From: Elainellaceae cyanobacterium
GTDB taxonomy: Bacteria; Cyanobacteriota; Cyanobacteriia; CAZCXK01
Direction: 5' to 3'
NCBI GenBank assembly: GCA_051117555.1
Contig: JBNPEG010000082.1
Span: forward strand, 1-41,243
DNA: 41,243 nucleotides
The translations under genes and the position numbers were made by a program. A model generated the notes under the pieces. It ran no database searches. It was not told where the DNA came from and saw only the letters and a program-made list of their open reading frames with translations. Shown piece by piece: positions 26,887 through 34,961 of this stretch. Within the stretch, counting starts at the first letter, position 1. The number at the start of each line of letters is the position of its first letter.

Positions 26887-27141
26887 TCAGATCCAAGGAA
26901 GATTATCCATCACCGCGTTCAGCATGGCCTGAAAATTTTTGCGAAGCAGTACGGCTAAGAGGCCGCAGGAAACTGACGTTGCGACCATTACTCCCCAAAA
27001 GTGGTTGACCTGCCAGATTCCACCAAACAAGGCAAAAGCTATGAGCCCAGCGCCCGCCCCTCCTGAAAACAAAAGGACTACTGCTTTAAATGTGGGCGGT
27101 TTAGATTCTAACGAGTTGGATTCGGTTGACTTAGGTTCCAT
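26887..27141 (-). CDS. Small two-TM hypothetical protein
   Basis: ORF with two hydrophobic helices. Confidence 0.6.
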   Translation of the reverse strand: MEPKSTESNSLESKPPTFKAVVLLFSGGAGAGLIAFALFGGIWQVNHFWGVMVATSVSCGLLAVLLRKNFQAMLNAVMDNLPWI

Positions 27142-27200
27142 ACTTTGAAGTGTGTCAGTTTGGTTAATGAATGCAGACTTCGTAAAGTGCAGAGTTTCAG

Positions 27201-27335
27201 GTATATGTTTAGCGCATATGTAAGATCCCCCGCTGTCGCTGCCCCCTTGAAAAGGGGGCTATCTACAGGTTGCTGAAGTCCCCCTTTTTAAGGGGGATTT
27301 AGGGGGATCTCTAGGGCGTTACGCTAAATACATAC
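27201..27335. mobile_element. 135-bp MITE with an 8-bp target duplication
   Basis: Ends GTATATGTTTAGCG / CGCTAAATACATAC (12/14 match); AGTTTCAG at 27193-27200 and 27336-27343; CCCCC..GGGGG hairpin cargo. Confidence 0.85.
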
Positions 27336-27490
27336 AGTTTCAGTGATAGGAGCTTGGTAGTGGCAAACCCGTACAAATGTAACTCTCCAATGGTATTTCA
27401 TTCATGCTCCTAAAGTCATTCAATTTCCCATTTTGGATTTCCGATTTTGGATTGACTTAAATTTCCTCAAGCAAATGAATGGGAATCTGG

Positions 27491-28477
27491 TTACTCATTT
27501 TTGAGCAATGGCTGACGCCGGAGGCAATAGGTAATTAGTAGCGCAAACAGTATCAACCCTGTCAAATATTTCAGAGCATCTGGAATCACAGGACTCGGAG
27601 AGAAAAAGCCTTCAATTACGCCAGCGATCGCCAGCATTGGAATAATGCCATAGATCAGCTCGGCGGCCTGTCCGCCATAGAACTTCAGTGCATCAACGCG
27701 GCGAAACCGACCTGGAAACAGTAGCGCTCTGGCAATCAGCAACCCTGCCCCTCCTGCTAAGAAAATGGCAGGTAACTCTAGCGACCCATGGGGGCACACA
27801 AACGCCCAAAACGGATATGCCAAATTGTTTTGACCAACCAGAGTAGCGATCGCCCCGATGAGAATGCCGTTGAGAAACAAGACATAGACCGTGAAAATGC
27901 CCGCCGTGATGCCCCCAGCAATCACGTTAAATGAGACTCTCAGATTATTCGTCATAATCTCAGAGGAGGCTTTGGGTTCAGTGCCCAAGATTGACCCCAT
28001 CCACAACTCGCCGCGATCGCGCACCATTTCAATCAGGTCTGGCGGGGCAATCAGCGCCAAAAATGAAGGATCTCGCCACGAAAACCACCACGCAATCAGC
28101 GCACCGAGCAAGAAAATAGACGTGGCGATCGCCGTATATGCCCAGTTTCTTTGCACGGTTGCCGGAAATCCCCAGCGATAGAACGTCAATACCGCTTGCC
28201 AATTTTGCCGTTGCGACCCCTGATAAATCTGGTTATAGGCACGAGAGGTTAACGCCTGTAAGTCTTGGACGACGACCTCACCGACTTGATGGGTGCGGGC
28301 ACGTGCTAAATCGGCTGACACCGAGCGATAGAGACTCGACAATTCTCGAATTTCTTGAGCCTGAAGAGACTTTAGGCCGAGCGTCTCAATTTGGGTCAAA
28401 AGCGCATCTAATCGCTTCCAGCTCGATTCTCGTCGTCCCATCCAGCGTTGAATATTCATACGAGTTACGACAGCCAC
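27491..28477 (-). CDS. SpoIIM-family (DUF95) membrane protein
   Basis: LYRSVSADLARART, IMTNNLRV, PHGSLELPAI and AGVIEGFFSP motifs. Confidence 0.9.
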   Translation of the reverse strand: MAVVTRMNIQRWMGRRESSWKRLDALLTQIETLGLKSLQAQEIRELSSLYRSVSADLARARTHQVGEVVVQDLQALTSRAYNQIYQGSQRQNWQAVLTFYRWGFPATVQRNWAYTAIATSIFLLGALIAWWFSWRDPSFLALIAPPDLIEMVRDRGELWMGSILGTEPKASSEIMTNNLRVSFNVIAGGITAGIFTVYVLFLNGILIGAIATLVGQNNLAYPFWAFVCPHGSLELPAIFLAGGAGLLIARALLFPGRFRRVDALKFYGGQAAELIYGIIPMLAIAGVIEGFFSPSPVIPDALKYLTGLILFALLITYCLRRQPLLKNE

Positions 28478-28569
28478 AAGATCTCAATAACGGCTTTGCT
28501 TAAGGTAACTTAAGATGGCATTAATTTGGTTCTGTGCCGTTTAAACACCGTCTGGTGAGGCAAGTTAAG

Positions 28570-29502
28570 ATGTCAGGTTCCTATCCATCTGGAAAACGTG
28601 ATCATCCATCGAGTGCGCAATCCATCATCCGACCGCTCGGCGTCGGGAACGTGGTCAACGCCGGATTAAGTCTGTATCGATCGCACCTCAAAGCCTACCT
28701 GAGTCTTTCGCTACGCGCCCATCTGTGGTCACTCATTCCGATTTATGGATGGGCAAAGTTTCAAATGCTGAGTGCTGCGATCGCGCGGCATGCATTTCAA
28801 GAGATACTAAGCCAGCCAGAATCGCTGAGAGAGGCAGAAAGGCAGGTTCGTCCTCACCTGTGGCTATTCTTTGCGTTGCAGATCCTGGTGGGTCTTATCC
28901 TGCTTGGCATCAACATCGCGTTGAGCGTGGTGCAGTTTGTGGTGGTGACGCTGCCGTTCTTAGCAATTATCGAAACGACGATCGGGGATAGCGCCCTCTT
29001 TATCGGGATTCGGCTAGTTATTAACGTAATCTTCTACATCGCGTATTTGTGGTTTTGGTCACGGCTGTTCATTCCTGCACTGCCGCTTGCCATCGACGGA
29101 CACACCGACATCGTTGATAACATTGGGCGCAGTTGGCAACTTACCAGTGGCTTAGCCGTTCGCGTTCTCGTCATCATCAGCATCGTCACCCTGATTACGC
29201 TCCCGCTTTATCTCTTGGCATTGCTTCCGGTGGTTATCCTGTTCCTCATGTCGGTACCCTTCGCGGTTTCAGGAACGGAGGGATCATTCAGCGGCACTGC
29301 CATTATTGCACTGCTGTTGTTGGTGCTCCTGATTGGCATCGTGATGTTTCTTCTGGTGAGTACCTTGATCATGCCCATCTGGCAGGCAACCAAGGCAGTC
29401 CTATATTGTGATGTCCGGAGCCGTCGCGAGGGATTTGGCTTGCGCTTGCGTTACGGTGCACTAGCCTCTCCGAACGATTCGCCTTCAGCCCCCTCCTCAT
29501 GA
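28570..29502 (+). CDS. Multi-pass membrane protein of the type associated with RDD/SpoIIM genes
   Basis: IRPLGVGNVV N-terminus; RSWQLT and LYCDVRSRREG motifs; ATG at 28570 preferred. Confidence 0.8.
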   Translation: MSGSYPSGKRDHPSSAQSIIRPLGVGNVVNAGLSLYRSHLKAYLSLSLRAHLWSLIPIYGWAKFQMLSAAIARHAFQEILSQPESLREAERQVRPHLWLFFALQILVGLILLGINIALSVVQFVVVTLPFLAIIETTIGDSALFIGIRLVINVIFYIAYLWFWSRLFIPALPLAIDGHTDIVDNIGRSWQLTSGLAVRVLVIISIVTLITLPLYLLALLPVVILFLMSVPFAVSGTEGSFSGTAIIALLLLVLLIGIVMFLLVSTLIMPIWQATKAVLYCDVRSRREGFGLRLRYGALASPNDSPSAPSS

Positions 29503-29550
29503 TGCATTCTTGCTGCCCATGTGCTACTGACCACTCGCTATCGTCTCGCC

Positions 29551-30345
29551 ATGCAATACTTAAATCATTTCACCGTCCAAACACCGGAGAGCGTTGAGTT
29601 AGAGTTTACGCTGGCAGGGCTAGGCAATCGAAGCTTAGCGGCTCTGATCGACTATGCGCTTTGGAGCTTGACCCTTAGCATTCTGCTGACGCTGCTTTCG
29701 CGGGCAGACTGGCTGACTGAGCGTCTCTTTGATTGGGTAGGCAATACGGATGCCGTTGAACTGTGGTTTTCGGCGCTGCTGATTTTGATTAGCTTTGTTG
29801 TCTACGTCGGGTACTATGGGGTCTTTGAAACAGTCTGGCGAGGACAAACGCCCGGAAAGCGACTCGCTAAAATTCGCGTGATTCGAGATGACGGACGACC
29901 GATTAGCATATTGCAAGCCACGCTGCGATCGCTCCTGCGCCCCATCGATGAGTTTCCGCCCTTCTACATTGGGGCATTTCTCGTCTTTTTTAATCATCAA
30001 GAAAAACGCATTGGCGATATTGTCGCGGGCACCATCGTCATTCAAGAAGAACGGGCGATCGCCCCGGCTGATTTCGCGGTATTGGAAGACTCTCATGCTC
30101 TGGCGAGAAAGCTTCAGCAAACGACTCATCTGTCTCAACTGAGTCCCGATGACTTCGCAACGATTCGAGAATTTTTGCAGCGACGCACTGATATGAAACG
30201 CGATGCGAGGGAACAAGTCAGCGAAGAATTGGCGCAACACGTCAAAGCTGCCCTGTCCCTCAACGACGATCTCGAAGAACCTGCTCCAGAAGTTTTCCTA
30301 GAGGCAACCTATTTGGCATATCAGCAGGAGTCGGAGAGGCCATGA
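29551..30345 (+). CDS. RDD-family protein
   Basis: TPESVELEFTLAGLGNRSLAALID, GQTPGKR and KRIGDIVAGT motifs; ATG at 29551. Confidence 0.9.
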   Translation: MQYLNHFTVQTPESVELEFTLAGLGNRSLAALIDYALWSLTLSILLTLLSRADWLTERLFDWVGNTDAVELWFSALLILISFVVYVGYYGVFETVWRGQTPGKRLAKIRVIRDDGRPISILQATLRSLLRPIDEFPPFYIGAFLVFFNHQEKRIGDIVAGTIVIQEERAIAPADFAVLEDSHALARKLQQTTHLSQLSPDDFATIREFLQRRTDMKRDAREQVSEELAQHVKAALSLNDDLEEPAPEVFLEATYLAYQQESERP

Positions 30346-30397
30346 GGAATGGCACCAGTGCGATCGCTCCTCAAATTTCTCATAGTGAAGTTCAAAG

Positions 30398-30527
30398 CTG
30401 ATTGACTGACAAACTTACCAGAACCCAGGCCATTCAAAGGATCAGGGAGCCTGACCCCTACATTGTCCGAAATTCCGTAGGGGCAAGATTTCCTCGCCCA
30501 ATGCAGCATCTTTTATCAGTCAATCAG
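30398..30527. mobile_element. 130-bp MITE with 16-bp TIRs and a 9-bp target duplication (IS4-like ends)
   Basis: CTGATTGACTGACAAA / TTTATCAGTCAATCAG (1 mismatch); AGTTCAAAG at 30389-97 and 30528-36; internal CCCCTAC..GTAGGGG. Confidence 0.88.
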
Positions 30528-30528
30528 A

Positions 30529-30680
30529 GTTCAAAGACTCTCCAGACACGCTCGAACACTCTTTAAAGAGGTTCGGAGACTCTCACGACAAACTCAGAGA
30601 CTCTTTAAAGAGGTTCAGAGACTCTCCAGACACGCTCGAACACTCTTTAAACAGGCTCAATCACTCTCTCGACACCCTCA
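30529..30680. repeat. Degenerate 21-bp tandem repeat array (about 7 units)
   Basis: Alternating GTTCARAGACTCTCCAGACAC-like and GCTCGAACACTCTTTAAAGAG-like units with no spacers. Confidence 0.8.
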
Positions 30681-30867
30681 GGGGTGCATGTCACTTTTGT
30701 AGCCCACTCCAAGAGAAGCCGCTGCGCGTCTACACCCTAAATCCCTCTCCCAAAGCGGGAGAGGGACTTCAATCCGGCTCCCCTTCTCCCTGCTTGGGAG
30801 TAGACCGTAGGGCGCGCGAAGCAGGGGTTGGGGGATGAGGGCACATTTGCAAAGGTGACATGTTCCC
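30681..30867. mobile_element. MITE with ISKra4-type ends
   Basis: GGGTGCATGTCACTTTTG / CAAAGGTGACATGTTCCC resemble the IS end GGGAGCATGTCACTTTTGC at 41119; hairpin cargo CCCTCTCCC..GGGAGAGGG. Confidence 0.8.
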
Positions 30868-30976
30868 CATTCTCAAAGACCCTCCAGCCTTGCAGGGCGG
30901 TACGTTATGGCTGCGCCTAACAGCACCCTACAGCGCTGTCAATCTAAAATCTAAAATCTAAAATCTAGAATTGGCA

Positions 30977-31654
30977 CTACTGATACGGATTTCCAAACGT
31001 GTCTACAAACACATTATGATTCAGCGGCAGACGACCCGGATTTGAGCGGGGTTCGGCGCTATAGCCGATAGGAAGCAACACGGCGATCGCCAGTTCGGGC
31101 TGATCCGCCACGCCGATCACCTCTTTCACCTTGTCTTCGAGCCAGCCATTCATAAAACAGCTTGATAGACCCAAGCTCTCAGCGGCGAGTGAAAGGTGAG
31201 TTGCCGCAATCATGGCATCTTTGATGGCATATTCTCGGTTTTTATTTCCCAGATTTTCTTGAAAGCCCGGAATCGAAGACCTGAAATATTCGACCGTTTG
31301 CTCTGTCCATGCGCCTTGCTGAAGGGCTTCTTCAAAGATCATCGGCAAGTCTGTTTGCCATGCCGTTGCATCGGCTGCAAACACAAAGGTAACCGGGGCT
31401 TGCACAATCTGCTGCTGTCCCCAAGCCGCGTCTGCTAAGGCTTGCTTCTGCTCATCACTCTGCACGATTACAATCCGCCAGTCTTGCAGGTTCCAGCTAC
31501 TCGGTGCAGCGATGGTGAGTTCGACGAGTTGCTTGAGTAAATCGGAGGGAATGGGGTCAGATTTGAAGTTTTTGATGGAACGACGCTGCAAAATAGCGGT
31601 CGGAACATCGAGTGCTGTGACTTGCAAATTTGGGTCTATGGTTGGTACAGGCAT
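30977..31654 (-). CDS. Nitroreductase family protein
   Basis: RRSIKNF, APSSWNLQDW and LAAESLGLSSCFMNG motifs; ATG at 31654 preferred. Confidence 0.9.
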   Translation of the reverse strand: MPVPTIDPNLQVTALDVPTAILQRRSIKNFKSDPIPSDLLKQLVELTIAAPSSWNLQDWRIVIVQSDEQKQALADAAWGQQQIVQAPVTFVFAADATAWQTDLPMIFEEALQQGAWTEQTVEYFRSSIPGFQENLGNKNREYAIKDAMIAATHLSLAAESLGLSSCFMNGWLEDKVKEVIGVADQPELAIAVLLPIGYSAEPRSNPGRLPLNHNVFVDTFGNPYQ

Positions 31655-31724
31655 GAAGGATATTCCTATTCGATGAAACGCAATAATTATCGCAGAGTTG
31701 CATGAATCGCAGATTAAGAACCCC

Positions 31725-32312
31725 ATGACGGTCATTGTTTTCGGCAGCATCAATATGGATCTGGTGGCGCTATCGCCCCGCCTGCCCATGCCGGGTGAAA
31801 CCATCGTCGGGCATCAGTTTGAAACCATTCCGGGTGGCAAAGGTGCCAATCAAGCCGTGGCGGTGGCTCGGCTTGGCATTCCAACTCAAATGGTCGGGCG
31901 AGTGGGAGGAGACAGCTTTGGGCACGAGTTAATTGCCAAGCTTCATGAATCGGGGGTAGGGTGCGATCGCATCGTAATCGATTCTGAGACAACCTCCGGC
32001 ATTGCCGTAATTGAGGTTGACGATCAGGGTGAAAACCATATTGTCATCATCTCAGGAGCTAACGGTCGCTTTGATGCAACCGATATTGAACGCCTTCGGG
32101 CAATTCTGCCGGGTGCCCGTGCTCTGATGCTTCAGCTCGAAATTCCGCTGCCGTCGGTCGTCGCTGCCGCTCATGCCGCGCACGTAGGGGTTCCGGTCAT
32201 CCTTGATCCGGCTCCGGCTCGCGCTGATGTGCCTCCAGACCTCTATCCGCTCATTGATGTTCTTACGCCCAACCAGATAGAATCGCAAATCCAAAATCGA
32301 GAATTGGTATAA
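31725..32312 (+). pseudogene. rbsK: Ribokinase, C-terminally truncated
   Basis: VFGSINMD, GGKGANQAVA, LQLEIP, LDPAP and LTPN motifs are present. The frame then enters repeat DNA and stops, without the C-terminal DTxxAGD motif. Confidence 0.85.
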
Positions 32313-32480
32313 GTGGGTGGTTCGTTACGGCTACGCCCAACAGCACTCTACAGCACCGTTTTTTTATGTCCACCTACTTAGCGGTTTCAACCGCGCCTAA
32401 ACAAGCGAGGTCGGCCTCTACCGATTCTCATAACCCGCGAAGGCGGGTTTGGTTTGTATAGCAGCGGTTTCAACCGCCAA
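32281..32480. repeat. Nested repeat cluster (heptamer element, 71-bp IR element, REP-like palindromes)
   Basis: 32281-32310 is 29/30 identical to the reverse complement of 24738-24767; TAAGTGGGTGG / CCACCTACTTA at 32310-32380; GCGGTTTCAACCGC palindromes. Confidence 0.7.
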
Positions 32481-32666
32481 TCGTCCTCCGACTCTGGGCT
32501 AAAATCATGTCTTGATTCCCCCTCTCCGGACTTGTGCCTCATCTCAGTGAATTTATAGGTATCGCCTTACGCTCTCGCGTTAGGACGCTGAAGGTGTGTA
32601 GCCGCGCGGCGCGGGGGCTCACCACACAAACCTGAGTCCGTAGGACTATAGTTGCACGAGGGGATT

Positions 32667-33485
32667 ATGGCACAGCAAGAACTACTCGATCGTCTTACCC
32701 ACGGGGTCGATGCGTGGAATGAGTGGCGACAAGTCCTAGCCAATCATCGACTCCCTCTGGATCTAAGCGGCGCAGACCTAAAAGAAAGCGAATTAGCCGG
32801 TATAGATCTTAACTATGCCAATTTGACGAATGCAATGCTGGCGGGTGCAAATCTTCAAGGTGCGCGGTTAAATCGAGCCAATTTAGTGAAAGCCAACCTC
32901 AATGGCGCAAATCTGCATCACGCCGATCTCTATCATGCTGACTTGCGTTATGCATCCTTGCTCAAGGCAAATTTGAGCGCAGCGACCCTCGAAGACTGCA
33001 CGTTTACGGATGCCCTCCTACGAGGCGTCAAATTGAGAAACGCAGTCCTAAATCGTGCCGATCTACGCAGCGTCGACTTGCGAGGCATCGATTTACAGTC
33101 AGCCAAACTGATTGAAGCCAATCTTCAGCAAGCCAACCTCTGCCTTGCAGATTTAAGGCAAGCGGATCTCTACAAAGTAGATGCCCAACAGGCAATTTTG
33201 ACTGGCGTGGATCTGAGTGAGGCGAACCTCAGCGAGGCGATTTTGAGCGGTGCTGATTTGGTGGAGGCGTATTTGTATCAGGCGTGTTTGCAAAACAGCC
33301 TCCTCATCGAGACGAATTGCCGCCACGCAGATTTTAATGCCGCTAATTTAATGGGAGCGAATTTTAAGAATGCCAATCTCTACGGGGCAGATTTAAGCGA
33401 CGCCCAGTGGCAAGGCATTAACCTAGATGGCACCAACTGGAAGGATGCCAAACTTCCGCGTAAATCGGTTAAGACGCTTGCCTAA
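32667..33485 (+). CDS. Pentapeptide repeat protein
   Basis: GVDAWNEWR N-terminus followed by continuous A(D/N)Lxx repeats. Confidence 0.92.
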   Translation: MAQQELLDRLTHGVDAWNEWRQVLANHRLPLDLSGADLKESELAGIDLNYANLTNAMLAGANLQGARLNRANLVKANLNGANLHHADLYHADLRYASLLKANLSAATLEDCTFTDALLRGVKLRNAVLNRADLRSVDLRGIDLQSAKLIEANLQQANLCLADLRQADLYKVDAQQAILTGVDLSEANLSEAILSGADLVEAYLYQACLQNSLLIETNCRHADFNAANLMGANFKNANLYGADLSDAQWQGINLDGTNWKDAKLPRKSVKTLA

Positions 33486-33503
33486 ATCAAATGGTGAGTT
33501 TGA

Positions 33504-34055
33504 TTATTCATCAAATCGCCTCATTAAATAGGCCACTCCAAAGTCCCCATTGGGATGCTGCTCAAGGAGTTCCGCCAGTTCAAACACCCGCAGCGCTAAC
33601 CCTTCACCGAGCTTATCAATCGTCGCTTGGCGTTCTCGATTAGCCAGCTCAACCTCTTTAACTCGGCTCTGCCAATCACTTGAAAACAACTGCTCGATCG
33701 CCACATGTAGCCCAAGCATTTCTAAAATTTCCCATTCGCCGCGATCGCACCAGATTCCACCACAATTGCTGCATCGCTCGACATAAAACGGCGTCCGCAG
33801 AGCGACCTTTGCCCGCGATAAAAAACATCCACAGGCGGGGCAAAGCGCCCCCTGAGCATCATTCGGGGACGGCTCACACTTGACATTGAGCATTTGTTGC
33901 GGAACCTCAATCACATTGGGAGGCTCGCCACGCCATCGCTGATACTCGGTTGGCGGAATCCAATTTCCCTGACATTGAGGACAGTGTTGAACGGCTAACT
34001 GATCGGATAGCCAGCCATCGACAAGCTCGATCTCTCGGTCTTTGGGGCACTGCAT
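33504..34055 (-). CDS. zf-TFIIB-type zinc-ribbon protein
   Basis: CPKD..CPQCQGNW and CPAC..CSNCGGIWCDRGE motifs. Confidence 0.85.
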   Translation of the reverse strand: MQCPKDREIELVDGWLSDQLAVQHCPQCQGNWIPPTEYQRWRGEPPNVIEVPQQMLNVKCEPSPNDAQGALCPACGCFLSRAKVALRTPFYVERCSNCGGIWCDRGEWEILEMLGLHVAIEQLFSSDWQSRVKEVELANRERQATIDKLGEGLALRVFELAELLEQHPNGDFGVAYLMRRFDE

Positions 34056-34161
34056 GAGGGGCTTTCTCCATTACGCACCTTCAATTAAACCACTGAGCCT
34101 GAATGAGAAGGGAGACGGTCAGAAGAGATTGACTGACAAATTTTTCAGGACAATGCCCGAT

Positions 34162-34521
34162 TCAAATCGCTTCTAAGATTTGACTACAAAATTGGAGCAA
34201 TTGGCTGATGCGATCGCCAATTTGCTGTTGACGCTGCTGGGAAGTTGCCGATCGACGCGCTGCCCGAAGAAATGTAATATCGACTCCAAGTAAGCGCATC
34301 TGCTTATTCATCTCAGTGTGCATCGATTGAACCACCGAAATGTGCTGAGGCGGCAGGTCACTGAGATCTAGAGCCATCACCTGTTGAAAATGATACTGCA
34401 CCGTTTGAAACGTGGTTTGCAGACCATTAATATCAAAGTCATTCTCCGTAATCACGTCTTGGAACTGCTGAAGCGCGGCATACAAGTCGTGATGGCGATC
34501 GCGGAACACGTCTAGCGGCAT
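34162..34521 (-). CDS. patD: PatD-family protein
   Basis: QSMHTEMNKQMRLLGVDITFLRAARRSATSQQR motif; divergent from rel, the arrangement known in cyanobacteria. Confidence 0.8.
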   Translation of the reverse strand: MPLDVFRDRHHDLYAALQQFQDVITENDFDINGLQTTFQTVQYHFQQVMALDLSDLPPQHISVVQSMHTEMNKQMRLLGVDITFLRAARRSATSQQRQQQIGDRISQLLQFCSQILEAI

Positions 34522-34961
34522 AACTCTCCGAACTCAATCTACATAATGTTAACCGTTTGAAGATCATGAAGAAGTTTGTATGTATCATGGAGACAATAAG
34601 CATCTATGGTAGAGGGCATTATCTCGACCCTCACATCCCGACGCACTGTTTGATTTCAGGCGCGTCGTCCACTGGGATGTAGCCTTACTGCATTTGAGAC
34701 ACGACTGGGTGGTGTGAGTGAATGGGGTCATCCAGATGTTAATTTGTTTATCCAGATCTGATCTGGATTGGCACTGTTCAACTCACATCGTCATCTTAAA
34801 AATGGAGAGTCCCTAGTTTTTTGGGTCTTTAAGGTATGTAAGGCTACCTGTAGAATTCGTATATTTACGAGTTTTTAGTCTGATACCGTTTAAAATCAAC
34901 AGAATTCATTCGTAGCACATCTACCCCCTAGCTCTGGCGTATTCCAGGCTCAATTTATTTT

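Noticed and set aside
29635..30240. 201-aa minus-strand ORF and the other short ORFs nested in long genes
   Set aside because: Shadow frames of well-supported genes, with no recognisable motifs.
27491..30345. SpoIIM / membrane protein / RDD trio as a novel system
   Set aside because: This is a widespread known association, usually with MoxR/DUF58 genes that are not in this window; nothing unusual was seen.
30529..30680. Possible CRISPR array
   Set aside because: The units are contiguous, degenerate 21-mers with no unique spacers, and there are no cas genes.
31655..31804. N-terminal extension of the nitroreductase ORF
   Set aside because: It overlaps the divergent rbsK start; ATG 31654 fits the family.
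34162..34521. patD as evidence of a heterocyst-forming host
   Set aside because: PatD homologues also occur next to rel in non-heterocystous cyanobacteria.
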